DNA of 55,078 bases, counting the filler, from Bipalium vagum (taxonomy: Eukaryota), in assembly GCA_037834085.1 (NCBI GenBank). It is 3 parts of 3 records of this genome, joined end to end, with 100 filler letters (N's around TTAATTAATTAA, not from the genome) between each part and the next. Parts side by side here need not be neighbours in the genome. Positions count along the whole stretch, not along the records: positions 1 to 16,166 come from JBBMKC010123995.1; positions 16,267 to 36,030 come from JBBMKC010268206.1; 1 more part is not named here. One strand, given 5' to 3'. This document shows positions 11,949-36,130 of the stretch, piece by piece; position 1 is the stretch's first letter; the number at the start of each line of letters is the position of its first letter. Position numbers and translations under genes: made by a program. Below the pieces are notes generated by a model, which ran no database searches, was not told the origin of the DNA, and saw only the letters and a program-made list of their open reading frames with translations.

Positions 11949-14234
11949 ATGAATATAGAAAAAAATCTTTTTATTTGTTCTTATTGTTTGAAACCCTTAA
12001 GCTTATATTTTATTAAATGTATTGAGTGTAAAAATATAGCACTATGTATCCAAGTAAAAAATTAATTTCAATAATAATAATAAATAATCTTACTTCTAGT
12101 GTTTTAGTTATGGAATTCAAGGAGGAACTCATAAAAAGAATCATATATATTCAGTGAAGGTATAAAAATATCTTTGTAAATAAAATATACACATTGTTTC
12201 ACAATCAAACTAAATTTATCAAAAATTTTTATAATTTATTTCAGGTTACAAATGATAAAAGAGAAGTATTTATTCAAAGCAATTGGAGTTTGGATGAAGA
12301 AATGAAACTATTAGATGCAATTGAACTGTATGGGGTTGGTAATTGGTAAAAATTGATGTATATTAATCAAGAATTGAGTGATATAAAACAAATGAAGGAA
12401 CGATATCTCATTGAAAGTGGAATCTCATCAGCCGGATGACTGCCGAAATCATTACATCAATTATTATATTGATAGCAAAATCGGAAAGTATCTGCTGGTT
12501 GGTTCTCGTCAGAAAATTTGTCGCGTATCAGATCATTCCGTTAATGTTGAAAATTCTACCTTATCGCCTTCATTATATGAAACAATGCCTCCTTGTAATT
12601 TGTCCGTGGACGATCAGGTGATCCTAGGATATATGCCAAAAAGGGACGATTTTGAGAGGGTAAAGTAAAAGTTTTCTTTTAGCACTTTTTAACTCATTCT
12701 CTAAGGATTATGACAACGATGCTGAGAGCATTTTATGTCGCCTGAACCCAGATCTTATCAAAGACGATTTATTGGATGGTAAGCATATTGATTACCTTAT
12801 CCGATTTTAAATTAATGGTTCACAAGCTCTCAAAGTTGCTCAAGTCGGCATTTACACTCAGCGTCTCAAAGAACGACAACGTCGCAAGTTTATCGCCCGA
12901 GAACATGATTTAATTGGGCCGATAATGTCTTGTATTTTGAATAAACGTTGGCGACCAACAGTCTCGTGTGAGAACTCAAACTTATTGAGCTCAAAAAACA
13001 GCATTTCCCCCTCAAAGAGATCATCGACAACGGTTCTTGAACCAGATACCGGAGAGTCTGTCACTGTGAATCAACCGTTCACCATACTCTCATCAAATAC
13101 TCTGTCATCGCCAAACTCGAAAACTCGTCGACAATCACGATTTGCGTCTAAACAAACCGTCTCAACCAGAATTGTAAAGCCACGCTCTAATGAAATCGGT
13201 CGTAACCGACCTTATGATGCTTTGTTAGTGGGTTTTTATTTTATAATTATTGACATGTTCAAGCGATTATTCTGAACTTAAATATGTCATGTAAATCAAA
13301 AACAAAGTAATTATGGGCACATCCAACTCAAATCTTCATTTGATTGGTTAATTGATCTTTTGTTTTTCCAGTACTGCTTATTCTATTTTGCTTTTGTAAC
13401 GTTTGTTTGTGTAATTCATTTAAGAAAGCAACCGTTGCTATGCTGCTGTTAAGGATTCTCATGTTATATTTATTGGAAAGGAAAATTTATCGAACGTTTC
13501 CCTTAAATGTAAAGACCGTCAAGAATGAAAACAAGGGAATTATGATGTCGATTTTTCATATTTTATGGATTATTTATCATTAAAAATTGATATAATAATT
13601 GCAACATCCATCATTTTTCATCTTTAACGGTTTATACAGAGTTCAATAATGTGACCCTTTTGGAGATGATTATTATAAATATATTTCACATTATTTATTT
13701 TCCTTTTGAAATTTCAGTATGATCAACGAAAATCTCAAACCTTTCTTGCGCTATTTGACGTTCTCTCAGGCTAAGGCGTTGTTAGAAAACTTGCACAGTA
13801 TGTTGGTTTTTGAGGGCGTTGTGTGTATTAATTTTAACATTCTATCGACGTTTTCGTCAAGGAGAGGAGATTCTGAAATTCGAAATATCAACAATTATCA
13901 GCGCCATAAAACGTGGTCGTCGAAATATTCTCGGTAATAGATAAAGTGTTTTCGGTAATTGCTGTATTATTTTATTGATTTTTTATTTTCTCCAGACATG
14001 CCTCTTCGTTATCCGAGCTCGGCGATATTCGTTAAGACTAGGCCTCGTTTGTTGGGCTCTGGTGAAAACGGGAACGCATCCCTGCTGCTACAGGATGTTG
14101 AAGAAAGCTCGTGTGATCCATCAGTTGTTGGAAAACTCAATTCAAAAGGCGGTCTGGATTCGTTGGACAACAAAAAAATTCGTCGTAAACGAAAGGCCCG
14201 ACCATATTTTTTTATTCGCAAGCGAAGACGTTGA
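11949..14234 (+). CDS. TADA2B: transcriptional adapter 2 (Ada2b/TADA2B-like; ZZ zinc finger + SANT + Ada boxes, no SWIRM)
   Basis: Exons 11949-12053, 12100-12159, 12245-12345, 12398-12659, 12706-12778, 12827-13223, 13718-13797, 13862-13933, 13996-14234, all GT-AG and phase-compatible. Motifs: CSYC..KCIEC..LCIQ|CFSYG..H..NH (ZZ); WSLDEEMKLLDAIELYGVGNW (SANT); LGYMPKRDDFER|DYDNDAE; YTQRLKERQRRKFIAREHDLI; LKPFLRY..LLENLH|REEILK. Confidence 0.92.
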
Positions 14235-15057
14235 CATGACTTGAGACTTGAATTTAGATTATTCTATTAATATATATGTTGAATAAAATACGATTCGGTT
14301 TTCCTTTTAGGTATTCATTTCTGATTAGCAATTATTTGAGATTCACGTGGTGCGTTTATTCGACTTATTGTTGATCTTTTATGAGAGATTTAGTAAAAGT
14401 CGATAAGTAAAAATTGAATTTTTCTGAAGTACCTTAATGAAAAAATTTTGAAAATAAGAAAAAATTTCTATATACCTTTACTCTAACAATAATTGGAAAA
14501 CTACTGAGATTCCCTAAGAAATTTTACCTGGTATGATACTTATAAAATATGATGTAGAAAAGAGATAGCTCAATATCTTATTTTTGTGAAAGATCAAATG
14601 CAATAAATAATAAAATTGAACACAAGCTACTTTTTTAAAAATTATTTTCAGACTACTTTACAAATGTATGATGTATTTTTGATAAGTTAATTATTAGTCT
14701 TAGCTGTCTTAGATATATTATTTATTGTTCACTTAAATTCAATTTTTTTCGAAATTAAGATAGTTGATTAATGATAAAATATTAAAAATTACAAAATACA
14801 GTTAAATTTGTAAATGTTGAGAAAAAAATTATAATAAAGATTCTAAAATTTTATTATTTAACTCAGTAAGGAAATAAATATTTCAATATGAACTGATCTT
14901 CGAAGTATCTAAAAATTAATTTTATAGAATACTAGAACTAAAAATTCAAATAAAAGTGGTTTTTAAAATAATTAAGTATTTGTTTAAAGTTACTTTGCTA
15001 AGCATTTTTAGTAACAAATTAAATTTCAAATAAACAAAATTTCAAAAATTGTAATAG

Positions 15058-15465
15058 ATGATAGAAGGTAAAAGAATTTTTAGAGAACCAAATAAAGTCA
15101 ATTTTCCTGATAATTATGGAATAACTACTAAAAAACTAAGTATATATGAGCTACTTCTACAAACTAATGGCAATTACAAAAAAGTGATAATAATTAAAAT
15201 TTTATATTTATAAAACTTAAGTCAGGTCTGTCAAATATTGGATCAAAAAATCAATGAAACAAATCATCTTATAAATGATTTAACTGAAAATATAAATACC
15301 CTGACAAATCAAGATTTTGAAGAAAAATTGGACAAACTGAAAAATGAAAATATGGAAACAATGTTTTTATGCGATGAGTTCAGAAAAATTGCAGCTCGCA
15401 AAGAGAAAGAAAATAATAATTTTGATTTTCAAGATCCTGATGAGAGAAAGGATTCCAGAAAGTAA
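15058..15465 (+). CDS. small two-exon coiled-coil protein (~121 aa) of unknown function
   Basis: Exons 15058-15183 and 15226-15465 with a 42-nt GT-AG intron containing an in-frame stop. Open, hydrophilic, heptad-rich: MIEGKRIFREPNKVNFPDNYG..NYKK|VCQILDQKINETNHLINDLTENINTLTNQDFEEKLDKLKNENMETMFLCDEF... AATAAA at 15471. Confidence 0.65.
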
Positions 15466-15879
15466 TTTTTAATAAATTTATTTTTCTCAAACAATGTAAA
15501 TTTAACTTATCAAGATTTGATATCCATTCGTGGTATCCTACTAATACCAATTTGAAATTTCGTTTTAAGTTGTTCCTCTAACAGATTTGTCAATGAACCT
15601 TTAGGTGTCTTTTTTATCAAGCACGTACTTCACTGAATGTCCAAAACACGTAATTTTGAGTTGCAAAACAGTTTAAATCGGTTACTTGTAATTCAAAAAG
15701 TTATTCTAAGAAAAGTTTTGTAGGAAAGTCGATTTTGATATTTGATTTAGCAGTTGACCTTTGGCGGCCTGCAAAGACTGTATCCTTAGTAACAACACCG
15801 CCTCGTTTCTCGTTTAGATTAGAGTAATATTTAGATTTATCTTTTTTTTACTGTTTTACTGTTCACAAAAATTTGGATT

Positions 15880-16060
15880 CGTCAGCCATTACGATATCTG
15901 GGCACATAATTTAACAGAAAAGAATCAAATTGGTGGAACATCCAGTTGTGATTCTCTGCTGAAAAGAAATGACTATTTTCCGTTTTTAAAGCAGTTTATA
16001 AAGGGAGATGAGAAATGTATGCAATATGGCAATATTGCGAGAAATGAATTCTGGGGTAAT
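15880..16060 (+). mobile_element. mariner fragment (mellifera-like)
   Basis: IWAHNLTEKNQ..SCDSLLKRNDYFPFLKQFIKGDEKC matches WVPHEL...CDSLLKRN..PFLKR.VTGDEKW. Confidence 0.75.
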
Positions 16061-16166
16061 GTTAAGGTTTGCGATGATTTGTTGAAATGATATGAAATAA
16101 CTAACAAGAATTTAGATACCTTAACAAGATTACGACTCTCAGAAGGATTTATGGATGAACGTAAGG

Positions 16167-16266
16167 NNNNNNNNNNNNNNNNNNNNNNNNNNNNNNNNNN
16201 NNNNNNNNNNTTAATTAATTAANNNNNNNNNNNNNNNNNNNNNNNNNNNNNNNNNNNNNNNNNNNN
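16167..16266. other. assembly gap with artificial six-frame-stop linker
   Basis: N44-TTAATTAATTAA-N44, exactly 100 bp, identical in design to 36031-36130. Confidence 0.95.
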
Positions 16267-16619
16267 AATTTTTAATGACAAAATTAAAATAACATTGTAT
16301 TTAACGTTCAAATTTATTCCGAAAATATCGCACGCACCCTGTACATATATATAAATCTCAGAGTTTCCTTCTGTGTATAAAAAGGAGATTAACTTTGGAT
16401 AATTACAGTACCCTTATTTATTATGATTTCCGATGAGAATTATGTCAACAACAATTCATCAATCAACTTGGCTCAACTATTGTTGATGAATCCTAGCACA
16501 AATATATATATCTCTGGTTTTGAATATTCTTGGCGTTCAAAATCAGTTGTGGTGCCAGCAAATATTTAAGCCTTCCATGAACTAATAAATTTGATCATTG
16601 TGTGACTTATCTAGACATG

Positions 16620-17303
16620 CAGACGTGATTAGGAATTATTATGACTGCCATATAGTTGATATTCCATGAACATTTAGATGTGAGAAATTTGTGTCCGTTG
16701 TTATCTCACATAAATTGACGATTGCTCAAAAAACGGCTCGCGTGAGTTGGTCGAGAGAAATTTATAAGAAATTCAATTCCGATGCGTCAAAAGTGGTTTG
16801 CAGCATTTGATAAGGAAATAAAGGCCAGTCTCCTTTATAGATGAACGAAAGCGTACACAAATGGTTTTTCATAGATACATTTTTCTAATCAAATAATTCA
16901 TTTTATTTTCGGAAAAAATTGACATGTCTCAATCTTGACTTTATAGTCTCGTGGAACGGTTAATTCTGAATTCCACATAAGAATTTATGTGACATAAGTC
17001 TTTGGAGAAATAGGATAGACCAATTCAAAATATCGGATCATTTTAGATTATAATTTTGATTTAGTTCCTAACGATTTCTTTTAATTCTTATATTTGAAAA
17101 ACGAACTGCGCGGTAAACCGCTTTCGAGTTCAAAAGATTCACGTAAAGATCATGTTTCCGACACACTTGATATGCTATGGGTAAATTGAAATTGATTCAC
17201 AAGTATGCAAAATGTATCCATTTTGAATGTGAATATTTTGAAAACAATAGAATATTTTATTTTTCTTACATTTTTGCAATATGTATTGAGCATCCAACGT
17301 ATA
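16620..17303 (+). mobile_element. degenerate mariner (irritans-like)
   Basis: HKLTIAQKTARVSWSREIYKKFNSDASK and DLVPNDFF..LKNELRGK. Ends ..GAGCATCCAACGTA. Confidence 0.7.
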
Positions 17304-17658
17304 TAATGATTTGCGTTCATAATAGATTTATTAATATCAGTTTATTTTATTATTTTAAAAAACTCAATTTTCACTAATAGTTTTTATCTTACAAAATTTT
17401 TATGAAAAAGTAAAATTACAATATTGATTTCGAAGAAAATTATTGGAAAATCTGAATATTGAGGATAAGATTATTTGAGTAAACTTTTTTTAAAAAATGT
17501 GCAGATGGAAATCTTTAATCCACTTATATATAATAAGATGATTAGATATTTTTTTATATATTATTGAATTTCTCATTACTTATTAAAAATTTTTCACAAT
17601 TATGAGATAATAAGATAAGAAATAATTGAATTAAAATAAACTGAATCACATTGAATAA

Positions 17659-31195
<13,537 letters not shown>

Positions 31196-33419
31196 CTTGA
31201 ATTTAATTATTTATTTGTAATTTTATTTGTTTATTCGAATTTTTATTAAACAAAAAAGAAATCAATTTAAATATCATTTCGAAAACCGTTAGATTCTTTA
31301 ACATCCCTTTACAATTATGCTGATCAAGATATTTGTTATTTTAACAAATAGATTTTTTCCTCTAGAAAACCCGAAGAACCAAAATCATCAATCAATATAT
31401 GCCATATATTGAAAAAAATTAAAAATATTTATTTATTAATTAAAACGTATATTCTCTGATTCAATATCATCCCCCACTATTACTTAACTTGATTTTTAAT
31501 TTCAATAGTTCATGGATTATCAAACAGTTACCATAATATTTTTGGAGTAAATTTTGATTTTGGAAATCTTTTGAAACTTCATTGGAGTCTCACTATGTTG
31601 TGTATGTTTCCCATTGTGTCTCGTCTCATCAAAGTCTTTTTGGATCATATTTTCATAACTTTAAATTAATTTTTATTAATGGTTTTTATGAGTATCAGTT
31701 AATATCAAATATTAATGACTGGAGAAGAACTGATAAAAGTCCTTTATTTAAAAAGTAAATTGATTGTTTACAAGATCAAAAAATATATATGTGAGTATTT
31801 GAACATATTTTTGAATTTTTAAATTTTTATAGTGTCCTTTTTAAAATCCGATATGAATATTCATTAATTTAATGATATTACTTAATTTTAAAATATTAAT
31901 TCAAGTTTAAAATACCTTTTTAAAAAAAATAATAAAGGAGACACTTTATTTAAATTTATTAATTTAAGGAAATTTGTTTAAGTTTTTTTTCTTTTTATTG
32001 GAATAATAAAATTTTTGAAATCATGTCTCAATTTATTGACATAGCTGCTAACCATAAGCATTAGATCACTAAATTATTACGAGAAACTAAATATTTTGCG
32101 AAATTTTTAATTTGGAAGTTTTTCTTAATCAAGAAATTTTTGAACTTTTGGTTATACTAGGTTTTCAAAATCTTTAATGATATGTTGACATTTTTAAACA
32201 TAAAAATCAAAATCATCCTTTTACTCAAAAGAAGTATTTATAAATATCTGCAGTAAATACCAAATACCAAAAACGTCTTGTTTTTCAAAAAGAAAAATAT
32301 GATAAACTTATTTTCGCTTTCATTTTAGATTGGAATTTCGTTTAACTGACGAACTATTAATATTTGTCGATCTCTTATTATATCATTACCGGCGATTATG
32401 TATGATACCTAAGTGATTATGTAAGCTATCATTATTAATATTGTTTTTGTTGTCAGATTTTTTCTCTGTTTTACAATTTCATATTCTCTACTTCTAATTT
32501 GACGAGACTAGTGTGAACCATTTATTTTTCAGTTGTACTTATTGTGGTGCATTTTATAATATTATAATTATAATCTTGTAATTATAATTATTTTCAATGT
32601 TCTTTATAATCAATTATGATTTTGGAAACATAATTATCAGATTCAAAAGTAGTGAATAAAATGTTGTTTTACTGAATAATTAAAAACCTTTTTTTAATTA
32701 ATTTTCCATAGAAAATTATTTATATTTACATAAAATAACGAAAATGCTTTAAGGCTTAAAATGAAAATTTATAATATAAGACTGATAAAATATTTTAATA
32801 CTTAACTTTAAAAATAAATAATTGATATTGTAATAGAGGATATTAATCTGTTTCCAGATTTTTCGTCGGATAAGAATATTATTTGGAATTAAATATTACT
32901 TACAGATCTAATCAATATAAAATAATCATCAAAGATTTTAACTAAAAAGTGACTTGAAGTAATCAAACCAATAAAATTTAATTAATTATATCTCAATTGT
33001 TAAGGTACTAAACTTCTATGAAACCTTTGAAAAATGACTTTAAAATGAATATTAAGGTTTTAATATAAATAAATACTAACACTAGGAAGTATGTGATAGA
33101 TATTTGTAAAACAAAGTAGATTTAATAAATTGTAATTGGCAATCATTTCTAAATATTAAGTAATCAAAATAGAATACAAGAAATATTTAATTTTAATAAA
33201 TTTATCGCGCACTGCATAAGGTATTTCACAGTAAAAGAGACACCAGTGAAAAGAAGGGAAATCTTGACCTATTGACTATTAGAATAAGATTTAGAAGAGA
33301 AGTACGATAGCACAACCGGAAAAGTTAATGGATTCAAAGAAAGATTACGATTGGCATTTTCCAAACCAAAAAATATGAGGGGCAGGTTCGTCACAGAAAG
33401 ATTCAAATAGTCATGAAAA

Positions 33420-33600
33420 AGTGGTAGCATGTGGCTCGCATTCAATGAACACTCACGTAAAAGGCTAACACGAAAAGAGATGTTGGCTGTGCATTACTTT
33501 TGTAACTATTTCAACCATTATTTATATCATAAACGGCTTGCGTTACGTACTGATCACAAAGCAATAACTTTTGTGCTAACAACAAAGAAACTGTTCCCTT
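33420..33600 (+). mobile_element. Ty3/gypsy RNase H domain fragment
   Basis: KEMLAVHYFCNYFNHYLYHKRLALRTDHKAITF matches gypsy 'KELLA....F..YL.G..F...TDHK.L'. Confidence 0.8.
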
Positions 33601-33732
33601 TTGGTGTATCAAATTTAGATCTGACTCCAACTCTTAGGTGGTGCAATAATAACAATCAGTAAACCAACAATTGTAATTGTATCACACAATCACAAAAATA
33701 CAGAAAGATAATCAGAAGTCTGGGATCACAAT

Positions 33733-35850
33733 AGTAGTAGGTAAAACCATACTTTGGAGACAGGACCCCAGCTTTGTTTTTTTAATTTTTCGGTCGCCTT
33801 ACTAGTTTTTAAAAAATTAAAAAATTAATTTTTTTCTTGAAAAATAATAAAAAAGTTTTAAAATGAAAAAATTAAATTTTTTCTTTAAAAATGAATTCAA
33901 CCTACTGTGACATTTGTGATAAAGATTGTAGAACACTTGCAGGTTTAATTTCTCATAAGAAATCTAAATTAAATTTATAAATTTTAAATAATGTTCAACC
34001 ACCAAATAAACAATGTAATTTTCGTGGAGATATTTTCAGAACAGTTGCAGTACGAATTTCTCATGGAAAATATTGTGGTGATAATCTAAATAATTTAGAT
34101 AATCAAAATAATCAGCTGCAACAAATTTCACAACAAAATTTAAATAATTTTAATGATAAAAAATAATATTATTGTTTATATTATAGTTTAAAAGATCAAT
34201 TTTATAATTCTTCAAAAAACTATTTAATTTCCAAAGAAGTATATATGAAAAAAATGATGTAAGATATTATTTAAGTAATTTTCTTCCTAAAATTAAAGAA
34301 TCAATGATCCATCCAATGATACATCCAAGATGGAAGATTTTTTAAACCATTTAAATTTTCATTAAACTTAAATATTAAATTTTTTCATCCAACTGATTCT
34401 GAATATTTTACTTTAATAACTTCATGTGCTGTAGGAACAATAATTACAATAAATAATATTAAATCAGAAACAGAAAATATTTTGCAAAATTTAGAAGAGG
34501 AAATGGAAAACACCTGGCTAAGATTAAAATAGTCTGGACGGAAAATCGAAGGTTTTTCTCATTTAACTCTTTCAATTGATGATATTAAAATTTTAAAAGG
34601 AAGAACAGTTATTTCATTACCTTTTCAATCTCATTCAATAATCAACATTCAGAACAAAGATAAAAAATGTTTCACATTTTCAATAATTTCTTATTTTAAA
34701 CAAAACAAAATTCTTCATCATAAAGAGTGAGTTGTTATAAAGAATATGAAAATAAATTTAAATATAATGAAGAAGATATGCCAATGAAAATATGTAATAT
34801 TAATTAATTTGAAAAAGAAAGTGGATTAAGAATACATGTTTATATGATTGAATGTATTGATAAAAAAACAAATTGAATTAAGAAAATCTTTGGAGAACAT
34901 ATCTATTACATATTTCTTCACAGGATATTAATAATTATAAATCAATATCTTTATTATTTTATGAAGATCATTAAATTTTAATTAAAGATTTTAAACCATG
35001 GATCAATGAAGAAATTGGATAAAACGTAATATAACTACTAATAATGAAGAAATGTATATTTGTGAAAGATGTTTATCAATAAATACTAATAAATCTGCTT
35101 ATGAAAAACATGATTTTTGTATTTTAAATAAACCAGACAAAAAATATTTTTTCTATATTATCATATTTTATTATTCTTCTAATTTAAAAATCATCTCTTA
35201 TTAATTTATTATTTGTAAAATAATATTGAAATAGTATTGTTTTTTAATTTTTCTTTCATTCCTTCAGTTTGATTATTTTTTGTTTTTATAATTCTAAATT
35301 TTATAAAATTTTTATATAGATTTATTTGCAAGAATTTCTGTTTGGGAAGAAATATTTTTTCTTTTTATTTCTGTTTGAATTTCAATTGATTTTCCTTTAA
35401 ATTCTGTTTGATTTATTCTATCAATTTGTCCATGAGTATTTAATATTCTTTTTTGTAGTATTTCAACTTCATTTTTATATTTTTCAATTTCTAAAAAACT
35501 TTGTTTCTTAAGATCTTTGATTTCATTTTCATATCTTTTAGTATTATTTTCATATTTACGGGCAAAACCTACATTTGTGGAATTCAAAAGAGTTTCAGGA
35601 TTATTAACTTTTGTTTAAGTACATTGATTTCATTTTTATATTTTTCAATTTATATTTTTATAAATTTATTAGATTCTAAATTGTCCAGTCTTTTATTTTT
35701 AATAGTTAAGTTTTTATAATCCTTTTGTAAATCTTTAAGTCGATTAGGATTATATATTTATAAGGATTAAATTGTAGTATATTATTTTAAAATTTATGTT
35801 TAAAATATTTGTTATTATTTAATATTAATTAACATTTAATCCTTACAATA
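33733..35850 (+). mobile_element. Polinton/Maverick relic: AGTAGT terminus and degenerate pPolB N-terminal region
   Basis: Starts AGTAGTAG at 33733, the Polinton terminal motif. ATG 33891 MNSTYCDICDKDCRTLAGLISHK (C2H2-like). Then INIQNKDKKCFTFSIISY, PMKICNINLFEKESGLRIHVY, INxLLFYEDH.ILIKDF and YICERCLS..AYEKHDFC, all resembling Polinton pPolB N-terminal motifs. Many stops. Confidence 0.75.
35312..35587 (-). pseudogene. coiled-coil ORF fragment convergent with pPolB, likely a Polinton accessory gene
   Basis: Lys/Glu-rich heptads followed by KSIEIQTE and NISSQTE. No splice signals, and very AT-rich like the flanking pPolB relic. Confidence 0.45.
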
Positions 35851-36030
35851 ATAGAGATAGAAGAACTGAAAATATCATTTGTAATTTAAAACAATAATAC
35901 CTGATATATCTTAAATTCGGTCTATTATATATTATCTTTTAATAATTTGTTGAGTTAACCAAGGGCATATCCCTTATAACCTTTTAAAATTTAAGTTAAA
36001 GACCGCACAAGGGTCTAGGAGATCTTTGAT

Positions 36031-36130
36031 NNNNNNNNNNNNNNNNNNNNNNNNNNNNNNNNNNNNNNNNNNNNTTAATTAATTAANNNNNNNNNNNNNN
36101 NNNNNNNNNNNNNNNNNNNNNNNNNNNNNN
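36031..36130. other. assembly gap with artificial six-frame-stop linker
   Basis: N44-TTAATTAATTAA-N44. Confidence 0.95.

Noticed and set aside
12858-14244. Alternative-frame and antisense ORFs in Ada2b (12858-, 13975+, 14009-)
   Set aside because: By-products of the GC-richer Ada2b exons.
16211-16222. TTAATTAATTAA palindrome inside the N run as a biological motif
   Set aside because: Identical placement in two 100-bp gaps; it is an artificial six-frame-stop linker.
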